Of a DNA stretch of 64,000 nucleotides, positions 36,144-47,103 are shown piece after piece (the stretch's first letter is position 1; every line of letters starts with the position of its first letter). A program made the translations under genes and the position numbers. The stretch is taken from positions 14,880,001 to 14,944,000 of the forward strand of contig NC_090340.1 in the NCBI RefSeq assembly GCF_035084215.1. Direction: 5' to 3'. The notes under the pieces are model-generated. The model did no database searches and was not told the origin of the DNA. It saw only the letters and a program-made list of their open reading frames with translations. The DNA comes from Heptranchias perlo (Eukaryota).

Positions 36144-36350
36144 CTGTAAAGCCAATGTTTAGAAATATTGTTAATTGGTCGTTTTGCCAGTTCCTGGACT
36201 GCTGCTCAAAGCAGTCATCAGAAGAACATGCAAGCAGCCTTAGATACAACACACGGCCAAAGTCAGCACAGACATATGCCCGACACTATCGCATGAATGC
36301 TGGTGTTACACTGGTGATCTATGTTTCTCTGATCTGTTTCTCAGCCCTAC

Positions 36351-36452
36351 CTGAGCGTACACAATCTTCTCCTCTTCTCGTTTACCTCCTGGAGTTTTCC
36401 TGTCTCTGCTCAAATCTAATGCAGTATAATGCAGGATCTCAGCCTCTGCTCC
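36351..36452 (-). CDS. Gene B cytoplasmic exon with ITIMs
   Basis: atgcag|GAEAEILHYTALDLS...KIVYAQ|gtaggg, 102 nt, phase 0-0. Confidence 0.85.
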
Positions 36453-36987
36453 CTGCATGGGCCAGAAAGCAAATGTTTGTTTATGTGGCCTGTTCGTTGC
36501 CTTCACCAGTTTACGTACTGCTAATCAAACATTGAACATAATTACCTGGGCTAGAGGTCCAGTGCACAAATCATAATTAATATATTGGCATAAGTGCGAA
36601 TATTAAGGCCGGTGAGTGCTGTGGTCAATATGACTAATATTTAAACCTGTCAAAATTCACTCTACAACACTGTGTTACAGAAATATTTAAATGGACATGA
36701 CGTTTTTTTTCAAATACACAGAATAGATGAATCTATAAACAATTATTACCGAGGTACATTTGCAACGGAACCGGCAGTTTTCTTTTCCGCTATTTAACCA
36801 TTCTTACCAGCAAAACATCGGATGCCAAATACGTTTCTAACCACGATTTGAATGATTCACTAAGACCGAATAAATATTTTTGTTAATTGACTTAAACTGT
36901 TCTGACATGATTATGATAAAATCTCTCCATTATAACAATCTTTCTTCACATTTGAACCCTCTAGAGAGGACGAATGAATGAACGTAC

Positions 36988-37031
36988 CAGCTCTTCACAG
37001 CGGGTCGGTCCCACTGCACGTCCCTGTTCAC
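36988..37031 (-). CDS. Gene B short cytoplasmic exon
   Basis: ttccag|GEQGRAVGPTRCEEL|gtacg, 44 nt, phase 1 to 0. Confidence 0.75.
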
Positions 37032-37545
37032 CTGGAAATGAATGAAATTAATGATATTGAAAGATTGAAATATTTACTCAGTTTCCATGTTAGTGATTTC
37101 AAAGACATTTCCAGAGTATTACAAAGCCAAATATGATTTTCAATTTCAGATTTTACCGACAGTGTTAGAATCCCTGTCCTTGCAAGGGTCCGCAATGGTG
37201 TAAAACCATTCCTCTTCGGAGCCTCACATCGATTCACTCAATCTAGTTGCGCCTCCACAACGGGATGGGTTGATTAGTGATTGTGTGTCAGAGTACATTT
37301 AATTTATCACGCTGCAAAGTGGACATTTCTGTTGCAAATTCCCAGTTAATTATTTCCATTGCTAATGCGACTCTGTGAGGATTTCTGCGTCTTAAAGTGT
37401 ATTTGGAACAATCTGCGCTTCCTGAAAACATAACACCGCCTTCAACTGGAAGTTTTAATGGAGTTCTCCTTCCCATGTGTTGCCCAGAGACTTTCACTAA
37501 CCTTGAGGTTTCGGACTAAAATCAAACTCTTACAGTAGATCTTAC

Positions 37546-37662
37546 CTTCATTATTCTGCAGTCGGCACAGCCTCCCAATGAAGACCATGAGCACGAGAAA
37601 CGCCAATCCATCCACCGCACACGCAGAAGCCCAGAAGTAAAGCGACACATCAATGACACTAG
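37546..37662 (-). CDS. Gene B transmembrane exon
   Basis: ttacag|ASVIDVSLYFWASACAVDGLAFLVLMVFIGRLCRLQNNEG|gtaag, 117 nt. Confidence 0.85.
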
Positions 37663-38804
37663 CTGTAAGGTGAACAGGAACATTAAGTTACGTTGGGCGT
37701 TTGCTCAAAGAAGGCCTGAAGATAGTTCATTGGTTAAACAATGGTTGATGCTTTCAGTAACTCTGCAGTACAGAACGGCAATAATGAAGTTTAAATAAAA
37801 AATATTACATTTTTTAGATATAATATTTGAAGTAACTTATTCATCGAATGGGCGAGATATTCTGGATTAATCTGCGAAGCAGGCAACCGGTTTAGGGACC
37901 TCAAAACACTGTTTTAGGAGAGGAAGCATGTGAGAGTGATAAATTTCCCTGGACCGAAGGCCTGTTCTTGTCCTTGACCTTTCTGATTTATTAACATATA
38001 GTTTGATGAAATCGGAGGGAATTTGGTCACACGCGTTTCTCCGTTCCCCGCACTAAATTCTGGATTGCAGCAATCGGCAAAAATCTCCATTCAATTATCC
38101 GCAATGTGATTATTAAAGTAAGAATGTCACTGATTAGTAAAGGAAATCAACGGACGATGTTTTATAGATTAATGCCTGGCGAGGCTAAGATTTGTTAATA
38201 AAATGATGCATTGAACCGGCTGCACTGTAGCCAGGTTTCGGACACAGTTTAATTGAGATTTGAGAGACAGGTCCCAATCGAACTCGCAGTTGCATGGAGA
38301 GGTGTGGGTGACAAGTTGGACAGAGGGTTAATTTCAGAATTTTGCACAAGAAGCAGCAGAAAGGGGGATCAGGATCGAAACTGCATTGGGAGAAGCCCAA
38401 GATCAGACAACTTGACTGTCGTTCCTGGTAACAGTCTTCATGCAGGGATAGCCGGCAATGGTAATGAATAAAACCATTTTGACGTGGAAACAAAAAATGT
38501 GAAACATGATTAATAGTAAGCAGGAGTGGAAGTATAATCGGATATAAAAGATTACCTCCTATTTACATTTGTTATACGGCAAATAGAGGAATTTGAAGAC
38601 AGAGTGGAATTGAGAATATTTGTGTGGCGGACGACATAACCCGGGTTCACAACACATCGGATTCAATTATATTATATATTAAAACACGAATTTTATGCTT
38701 TCGTTGATATTTCCCATAAACTATCTTCATGATAATCAGTATGTACAAATTCTACGATGTAGCTCATTGCGAATTTGACAGTAGCTGGAGTGTTGGCCTC
38801 GTAC

Positions 38805-39109
38805 CTGGGTTAGATTTAGTATAGGTGATAACAGCTGGAGTCTCGAGGGAGACATGAGATACCGAGCAGGTATATTTGGCGCCGCTCGGGACAGGCTGCG
38901 TCTCTTCCAAAGTGCTGGAAACTTCATACAGCCCCTCAGTTTTCTGCCGTTTAATGGTGTGTATTCCTTTGCAGTTTCGACGCCATTTTTATACCAAGTG
39001 AGGGTGAAGTTCTCCGGATAAAACTCAGCCGTTTCACACATAAGACTCAGAGACGCAGATGAATTCCCTTCAGCTGTCATAGAGACAATAGTCAGTGGAG
39101 TTGGGGCAG
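38805..39109 (-). CDS. Gene B C1-set exon (1-nt frameshift near 38968-38970)
   Basis: AAPTPLTIV...LMCETAEFYPENFTLTWYKNG, frameshift, then GIHTIK...LYEVSSTLEETQP...YTCSVSH. Homologous to 465-776. Confidence 0.9.
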
Positions 39110-39322
39110 CTGCGGAACAGAAAATGAGCAAAATCGAGTTACTGGGCACCATTAGGAGAAATTAAATATGATTCTGATTTACCTTCGGTCCATTTTATGT
39201 TAACAGCAACATTCCAAAGCACAGCCTCCTGTCGCTTTAATGTTAGGCACATCATCTGCACACACCTCATCCATATCTCTCATCGTCGCCGGTGTCTGTT
39301 CAATTTTACCTGCGCTCTCGAG

Positions 39323-42202
39323 TTTTTTTTTTATTCGTTCACGGGATGTGGGCGTCGCTGGCAAGGCCGGCATTTATTGCCCATCCCTAATTGCCCTCGA
39401 GAAGGTGGTGGTGAGCCGCCTTCTTCAACCGCTGCAGTCCGTGTGGTGACGGTTCTCCCACAGTGCTGTTAGGAAGGGAGTTCCAGGATTTTGACCCAGC
39501 GACAATGAAGGAACGGCGATATATTTCCAAGTCGGGATGGTGTGTGACTTGGAGGGGAACGTGCAGGTGGTGTTGTTCCCATACGCCTGCTGCCCTTGTC
39601 CTTCTAGGTGGTAGAGGTCGCGGGTTTGGGAGGTGCTGTCGAAGAAGCCTTGGCGAGTTGCTGCAGTGCATCCTGTGGATGGTGCACACTGCAGCCACAG
39701 TGCGCCGGTGGTGAAGGGAGTGAATGTTTAGGGTGGTGGATGGGGTGCCAATCAAGCGGGCTGCTTTATCTTGGATGGTGTCGAGCTTCTTGAGTGTTGT
39801 TGGAGCTGCACTCATCCAGGCAAGTGGAGAGTATTCCATCACACTCCTGACTTGTGCCTTGTAGATGGTGGAAAGGCTTTGGGGAGTCAGGAGGTCAGTC
39901 ACTCGCCGCAGAATACCCAGCCTCTGACCTGCTCTCGTAGCCACGGTATTTATATGGCTGGTCCAGTTAAGTTTCTGGTCAATGGTGAGCCCCAGGATGT
40001 TGATGGTGGGGGATTCGGCGATGGTAATGCCGTTGAATGTCAAGGGGAGGTGGTTAGACTCTCTCTTGTTCGAGATGGTCATTGCCTGGCACTTATCTGG
40101 CGCGAATGTTACTTGCCACTGATGAGCCCAAGCCTGGATGTTGTCCAGGTCTTGCTGCATGCAGGCTCGGACTGCTTCATTATCTGAGGGGTTGCGAATG
40201 GAACTGAACACTGTGCAGTCATCAGCGAACATCCCCATTTCTGACCTTATGATGGAGGGAAGGTCATTGATGAAGCAGCTGAAGATGGTTGGGCCTAGGA
40301 CACTGCCCTGAGGAACTCCTGCAGCAATGCCCTGGGGCTGAGATGATTGGCCTCCAACAACCACTACCATCTTCCTTTGTGCTAGGTATGACTCCAGCCA
40401 CTGGAGAGTTTTCCCCCTGATTCCCATTGACTTCAATTTTACCAGGGCTCCTTGGTGCCACACTCGGTCAAATGCTGCCTTGATGTCAAGGGCAGTCACT
40501 CTCACCTCACCTCTGGAATTCAGCTCTTTTGTCCATGTTTGGACCAAGGCTGTAATGAGGTCTGGAGCCGAGTGGTCCTGGCGGAACCCAAACTGAGCAT
40601 TGGTGAGCAGGTTATTGGTGAGTAAGTGCCGCTTGATAGCACTGTCGACGACACCTTCCATCACTTTGCTGATGATTGAGAGTAGACTGATGGGGCGGTA
40701 ATTGGCCGGATTGGATTTGTCCTGCTTTTTGTGGACAGGACATACCTGGGCAATTTTCCACATTGTCGGGTGGATGCCAGTGTTGTAGCTGACTGGAACA
40801 GCTTGGCTAGAGGCGCAGCTAGTTCTGGAGCACAAGTCTTCAGCACTACAGCTGGGATGTTGTCGGGGCCCATAGCCTTTGCTGTATCCAGTGCACTCAG
40901 CCGTTTCTTGATATCACGTGGAGTGAATCGAATTGGCCAAAGACTGGCTTCCGTAATGGTGGGGATATCGGGAGGAGGCTGAGATGGATTATCCACTCGG
41001 CACTTCTGGCTGAAGATGGTTGCAAACGCTTCAGCCTTGTCTTTTGCACTCACGTGCTGGACTCCGCCATCATTGAGAATGGGGATGTTTGCAGAGCCTC
41101 CTCCTCCCGTTAGTTGTTTAATTGTCCACCACCATTCACGACTGGATGTGGCAGGACTGCAGAGCTTTGATCTGATCCGTTGGTTGTGGAATCGCTTAGC
41201 TCTGTCTATAGCATGTTGCTTCCGCTGTTTAGCATGCATGTAGTCCTGAGTTGTAGCTTCACCAGGTTGGCACCTCATTTTTAGGTACGCCTGGTGCTGC
41301 TCCTGGCATGCTCTTCTACACTCCTTATAGAACCAGGGTTGATCCCCTGGCTTGTTGGTAATGGTAGAGTGAGGAATATGCCGGGCCATGAGGTTACAGA
41401 TTGTGCTGGAATACAATTCTGCTGCTGCTGATGGCCCACAGCGCCTCATGGAATCCCAGTTTTGAGCTGCTAGATCTGTTCTGAATCTATCCCATTTAGC
41501 ACGGTGGTAGTGCCACACAACACGTTGGATGGTGTCCTCAGTGCGAAGACGGGATTTCATCTCCACGAGGACTGTGCGGTGGTCACTCCTACCAATACTG
41601 TCATGGACAGATGCATTTGCGACAGGTAGATTCGTGAGGACGAGGTCAAGTAAGTTTTTCCCTCGTGTTGGTTCACTCACCACCTGCCGCAGGCCCAGTC
41701 TAGCAGCTATGTCCTTCAGGACTCGGCCAGCTCGGTTAGTAGTGGTGCTACCAAGCCACTCTTGGTGATGGACATTGAAGTCCCCCACCCAGAGTACATT
41801 TTGTGCCCTTGCTACCCTCAGTGCTTCCTCCAAGTGGTGCTCAACATGGAGGAGGACTGATTCATCAGCTGAGGGAGGACGGTAGGTGGTAATCAGCAGG
41901 AGGTTTCCTTGCCCATGTTTGACCTGATGCCATGAGATTTCATGGGGTCCAGAGTCAATGTTGAGGACTCCCAGGGCCACTCCCTCCTGACTGTATATCA
42001 CTGTACCGCCACCTCTGGTGGGTCTGTCCTGCCGGTGGGACAGGACATACCCAGGGATGGTGATGGAAGAGTCTGGGACGTTGGCTGAAAGATATGATTC
42101 TGTGAGTATGGCTATGTCAGGCTGTTGCTTGACTAGTCTGTGGGACAGCTCTCCCAATTTTGGCACAAGTCCCCAGATGTTAGTAAGGAGGACCTTGCAG
42201 GG
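39323..42202 (-). mobile_element. Young CR1-group LINE (family X): near-complete APE-RT ORF2 with one frameshift, polyA tail
   Basis: ORFs 40661-42166 (EN: LTES, YRPP, GDFN, LDL, SDH) and 39387-40835 (RT: [29 protein letters not shown]), joined by a 1-nt deletion near 40792. Confidence 0.93.
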
Positions 42203-42684
42203 TCCAAAACATTGAGATGTTCAACAGACACGTCGCAACCATTTTCTGCGTTTCATAACCCAAATAATTAAATAAATAAACTCTGGGGGAAAGATGTCAT
42301 CCCCAGTCCCTCCATGTTTGGTACTCACAGATAGACAGAGACAAGTAAGCTGCACGTTGTCGATGATAAAACGAGGGTATTAGTCGGTATCGGACAGATC
42401 TCACAGCCGAGGCATGATAATTGGTGAAAGAAGCTATATTCGGTTGAACCTCTGGCGGTTTCAGCAACACAGTTCCTGCGTATTGTTGCATTTATTGGGG
42501 GTTAGTGAGGTGATAACGTTGTGAATTCCAAGCTCCAGTTTGTTGAGTGAATCCGTTGATCAACAGTTAGTTGCACGCTGGCTTTCAAATCCGTGACGCT
42601 AACGAGCCAATAATTATATGAGAATTAATTACAGGAATGATAAACCCCAGAGACAGCGGTGGGGGCAGACAGAGCATCCAATAA

Positions 42685-43105
42685 TATTCTCTGGAGTTTA
42701 GAAGACTGAAAAGTGATCGTATTGAAAAATATAAGATTCTAAGAGCGCTTGACAGGGTAGATGCTGAGAAGATGTTTTCCCTGGCTGGAGAGTCTAGAAC
42801 TAGGGGACATCGTCTCAGGTTAAGCGATCGGACAATTAGGATTGAGATGAGGAGGAATTTCTTCACTCATAGGGTAGAGAATATTTGGAATTCTCTACCC
42901 CAGAGTGCTGTGGATGCTCACTCGTTGAGTATATTCAAGGCTGAGATAGATAGATTTTTGGACTCTGAGGGAATCAAGGGATATGGGGATCCAGCGGGAA
43001 AGTGGAGTTGAGGTCGAAGATCATCCGTGAACTGATTGAATGGCGGAGCAGGCTCGAGTGGCCGTATGGCCTACTCCTGCTCCTATTTCGTATGTTCTTA
43101 TGTTG
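42685..43105 (+). mobile_element. CR1 LINE 3' end
   Basis: GESRTRGH...MRRNFFT.RV..WNSLP..AV and a tatgttct tail. Confidence 0.85.
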
Positions 43106-43485
43106 TTTTGTTCAAAATGGGCTAAGAGGCGTGTGTATGGTCGTTAAGGCTCATTACGAAAACAATGTTCAGTCAGTTATATGCTCGAAATTTGTTCCGA
43201 CCTTCCGCTATCAGACATCTGGTGTACAGATTGTATTTGGAGTTATTGTCTAACTGGTCAATATTGATACTTTTTGCAGCACTCTGCGTATGAAGGGTTA
43301 CATTGTATGTCTAAGTAGCATTTCTATACAGAGAACACGAACATACAACTTAACTTTCTCGCGAAATGTAATAATATAAATCATTATACTGTTAAAATTT
43401 GCACAATAAAAAAATTGTAAAACATCCCCGTTTGTAACGTTGGATATATTTACGAGAGTCCCGTTCTCCAGTGTTTCACACTCAC

Positions 43486-43806
43486 CGTGCACAATTAGAT
43501 GTGATCCGGTCCCATTTCCTCGAACTATACCCTGACGCATCACTGCGCAGTGATAGATTCCAGAGTCTTGGAAAGTCGCGCTCAGCAACTGAAAGAAACC
43601 GCTCGCTTTACTTTTCAGACCGAATCGTTTTCTGTCATCGGCGCTTGTGCGCAGGTATTCATTCTCACCCTGTTTCCACCAATACACTCTTACCCAGGGA
43701 TGGTCTTGAGAGATGGGGAATATGCAGTAGAAGGTGATGTTTCCCCCTCTGGATACAGCCGCTTGTTCGGGCGCTTGAGTCACTCTGAACGAAGTGTGGT
43801 CCACAG
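43486..43806 (-). CDS. Gene B V-set exon with germline-joined J-like segment
   Basis: gacag|..FRVTQAP..ITFYCIFP..VYWWKQ..DSGIYHCAV..GNGTGSHLIVH|gtgag, 321 nt, open, phase 1-1. Confidence 0.93.
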
Positions 43807-43952
43807 CTGTCAGAAAACATCATCAAGTAAGGATTAATTTTATCAGATGGGACATGGAGTTGGAAGAGAGAAAGAAGAATCGATATAGAGGAATTAAGGT
43901 TCACTAAATTAAAGTGGAAACTATTTCGGAAGCATTTTATAAATTAAAGTAG

Positions 43953-44022
43953 CTGCTGTAGTGAATATAGTGCAAATAATCCACCGAAGAGTCAGGCAAA
44001 GAAATGACAAATTCGTCCACAT
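43953..44022 (-). CDS. Candidate leader exon of gene B (donor non-canonical)
   Basis: MWTNLSFLCLTLRWIICTIFTTA plus 1 nt (phase 1), but followed by CTACTT instead of GT. Confidence 0.35.
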
Positions 44023-44104
44023 TCTGAGCAATAGATTAAACAGTAACTGTGAGTTTGCAACTGTTAAGAATGCTTTGCGGTTTGTTTCCTATGAAATACG
44101 TCGC

Positions 44105-44120
44105 AGTGACGTTTCACATC
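44105..44120 (-). promoter_or_regulatory. CRE-like motif shared upstream of genes B and C
   Basis: AGTGACGTTTCACATC here vs AGTGACGTGTCACATC at 32623-32638. Confidence 0.45.
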
Positions 44121-45664
44121 CTATAACTGCGGCTTTGGAAATTAGGCTTCGTTTGTTAAGTGGGATTTGCTAACTTCTGTACTTATTCGACTGCTGGAAT
44201 CACATCTGTCACAGACAGCAACGAGTAAGAGAAAATATTTGATTTTCAAATGCAGAATTTAGTAACGCTGGCGGAGTCAGTGTTGTTTCCTGATAATTTA
44301 AAATGAACAAATGGAGGTGCAAGTGCGATATTCCCGGGGTGAATTTCGCAAGACGTTGATGCGGACACTGACCATCCTCTGCCAACTACTTTAACGTGAC
44401 GTAATGCCAAATCAATGCAAAGTAGGTACTATCACAGGTCGTTCATAATCAGCCTTTGAATAATAAACAGCAATATCTTCTGAGAAACGTTGGTGAGAAA
44501 AGGACTGATTAATGCGACAGTTATCCGTGTGCAGACTGTTTACTATAAGTTCACAATTCCGTGCACATCCCAGGTGATATTAGACCGATACTGTGCTTCG
44601 TAATGTGTTATACTTCGGGAGACTTGACACAAGTCCGAAATGAGTAATATGAAAGCTGTAAGATGAGTGATCACGTGATCGTGTGCCTTTTCAGGCGATT
44701 GGGTGTTGATGCTGGTGCAGGAAACCGTTCATTGTGACGTGCTGAGCTGTTGTAACGTCGTCCTGTGGGCAGCTCGTTGAGGTTGCAAACCGCGAGCCTT
44801 TTTGTTATCAATTGTTCATCTCTATATTTCTATAACTTTCCGTCGTTCAAAAAGCACACGTCGTACGATCCCATTACATAGCTGCAGATGTGTCCTTGAA
44901 GTCTAGATATATGTGCAATTTTATTGTCCTGTTATCAGCTCGCGGGTTCTGTCTAAAACGAATACAATGCATTAATGGTAGCCACGTTAACGTTGTGCAA
45001 ATTGTCTTTATAGTGGTTATGTTACTTAGCTGAACACAAATTAGCCGCCTAAAGAGTTGCAAGTAAAACACTCAAGACCGAAGAATGTGTTAACAACAGT
45101 GAATGGTAATATTCTTCCCACTCGAGGTTCTGGTGTATTGCAGGCTTCATCACCGTTTGAAGCGTATCCCCTTCAGAGAAGATATGGCGCAGAATTTTAA
45201 AAAAATCTACGCAATTAAAAGTCTCGCATATTGCGCGTGTCCATGGGGACCAAACTTGAACAATATATGTAAAACTTCGCAATAGGCAGCACTCCACAAA
45301 TTAACACGTCATGCTTCTCTGATTGGTTCAGATGACCAATCTCCATTCAGTTTACCGGATGGATTTTCTCAGATATGTACAGTAGCGAATGCAATAATAG
45401 GAAATATACCCGCCCCCTCCCCACAAAACCCAGCAACAGCAAAAACAGCAATTTGCACTTACAATGTGCCTCTAACGTGGAAAAAAAACTCAAGACGGTT
45501 CACAGAGCAGTGAGTAAAATAGGAGTTAGATCTAATAAAGGAGATATTAGGACCGAATGATTCCTGAAAGAGGGAAATTCTAAAGAGGTTTGTAAAGGAG
45601 AAGGGGCAGCTGGAGAGATGGAGAGACCGCTTCAGGCAGAAGTCCCGAGTGGCTGATACTCGTC

Positions 45665-46875
45665 CTGAGGTCTCCACCGTCACAGATGCCAGTCGTCAGC
45701 CAAATCGATGCACTTCACGAGATATCAAGAAACGGTTGATTGCACTGGATAAAGCAACACCCCCCGCTGAAGTTCTGAAGACCTGCTACAGAATTAGCCA
45801 CACGCCCAACCAAGTGTTCAAATACAGCTACAACGCTGGCATCTACCCGACAAAGTGGAAAATTGCTCAGATGTGTCCTGGCGACGAAAAGCAGGACAAA
45901 TCCAATCGGGCCAATTACCACTCTATCAGCCTGCTCTCAATCATCAGTAAAGTGATGCAAGGTGTCATCGATACTGCTATCAAGTGGCACTTACTCAACA
46001 ATTACCTGCTCACTGATGCTCAGGATCGCGCAGCTCAAAAACTCATCACAGCCTTTGTCCAATCATGCACAAAAGAGCTGAATTCAAGGGGGAGGTGAGA
46101 ATGACTGCCCTAAACATCAAGGCAACATTTGACCGAATGTGGCACCAAGGAGCCTTAGTTAAATCGAAATCAATGGGGATCGGGGAGAAAACTCTACTGT
46201 GGCTGAGGTCAAACCGAGCGCAAAGAAAGATGGTGTTGGAGATCAATCACCTCAACCCCAAGACAGCACTGCAGGAATTTCTCAGGGCAGTGTCCAAGGC
46301 TCCACCATCTTCAGCTGCATCATTAATGACCTTCCCTCTATCATAAGGTCAGAAGTGGGGCTTTTCGTTGATGATTGCACAGTGTTCAGTTCCATTCACA
46401 ATTCTTCAGATAATATAGACTGAGCCCACATGCAACAAGACCTGGACAACATCCAGGTTTGGGCTGAGAAGTGGCAAGTAACATTCACGCCACGCAAGTG
46501 CCAGGCAATGACCATCTCCTACAAGAGAGTCTAACCATCTCATCTTGCCATTCAATGGCATTACCATCGGCGAATAACCCACCATCAACCTCCTGGGGGT
46601 CACCATTATAGCCACATAAATACTGTGGCAACAAGAGCAGGTCAGAGGCTGGGTATTTTGCGGCAAGTGACTCACCTCCTGACTCCTCAAAGCCTTTCCA
46701 GCATCTACAAAGTACAAGTCAGGAGTGTGTTGGAATACTCTCCACTTGTCTGGATGTGTGCAGCTCCAACAACACTCAAGAAACTCGACACCATCAAGGA
46801 CAAAGCAGTCCGTTGATTGGCACCCCATCCACCACCTCAATCATGCATTACCTCCACCACAGATGCACGTGGCAG
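45665..46875 (+). mobile_element. Degenerate LINE family X copy
   Basis: DIKKRL.ALD..K..WKIAQ..KQDKSN.ANY..ISLLSIISKVM; RAGQRLGILR. Confidence 0.85.
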
Positions 46876-46998
46876 CAGTAAGAAATAAGAAATAGGAGCA
46901 GGAGCGGGCCATACAGCCCCGAGCCTGCTCCACCACTCAATAAGATCATTGTAAACAATTTTACAACACCAAGTTATAGTCCAGCAATTTTATTTTAA

Positions 46999-47039
46999 AT
47001 TCACAAGCTTTCGGAGGCTACCTCCTTCCTCAGGTGAAC
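46999..47039 (-). ncRNA. Mirror copy of the minimal hammerhead ribozyme motif
   Basis: Exact reverse complement of 47063-47103. Confidence 0.75.
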
Positions 47040-47062
47040 GATGTGGAAATGATTTCCACATC

Positions 47063-47103
47063 GTTCACCTGAGGAAGGAGGTAGCCTCCGAAAGCTTGTG
47101 AAT
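47063..47103 (+). ncRNA. Minimal type I hammerhead ribozyme motif
   Basis: GTTCAC-CTGAGGA-A-GGAGG(TAG)CCTCC-GAAA-GC-TT-GTGAAT: helix I, CUGANGA, helix II, GAAA, palindromic mini helix III, UH. Confidence 0.75.

Larger units (their letters stand above)
35973..44022 (-). pseudogene. Gene B: V(J)-C1-TM-ITIM inhibitory IgSF receptor (SIRP/NKp30-like); probable pseudogene or null allele
   Basis: Exons: putative leader 43953-44022, V 43486-43806, C1 38805-39109 (305 nt, 1-nt deletion), TM 37546-37662, tail 36988-37031, 36351-36452 and 35973-36143. Splice phases are compatible except for the C1 deletion. Confidence 0.85.

Noticed and set aside
31900-43900. Rearranging Ig/TCR locus
   Set aside because: The J-like strand lies inside the V exon, no RSS flanks either V exon, and the tail carries ITIMs.
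45306-45420. CCAAT pair and GC box as a promoter
   Set aside because: Short motifs with no linked exon; could be chance.
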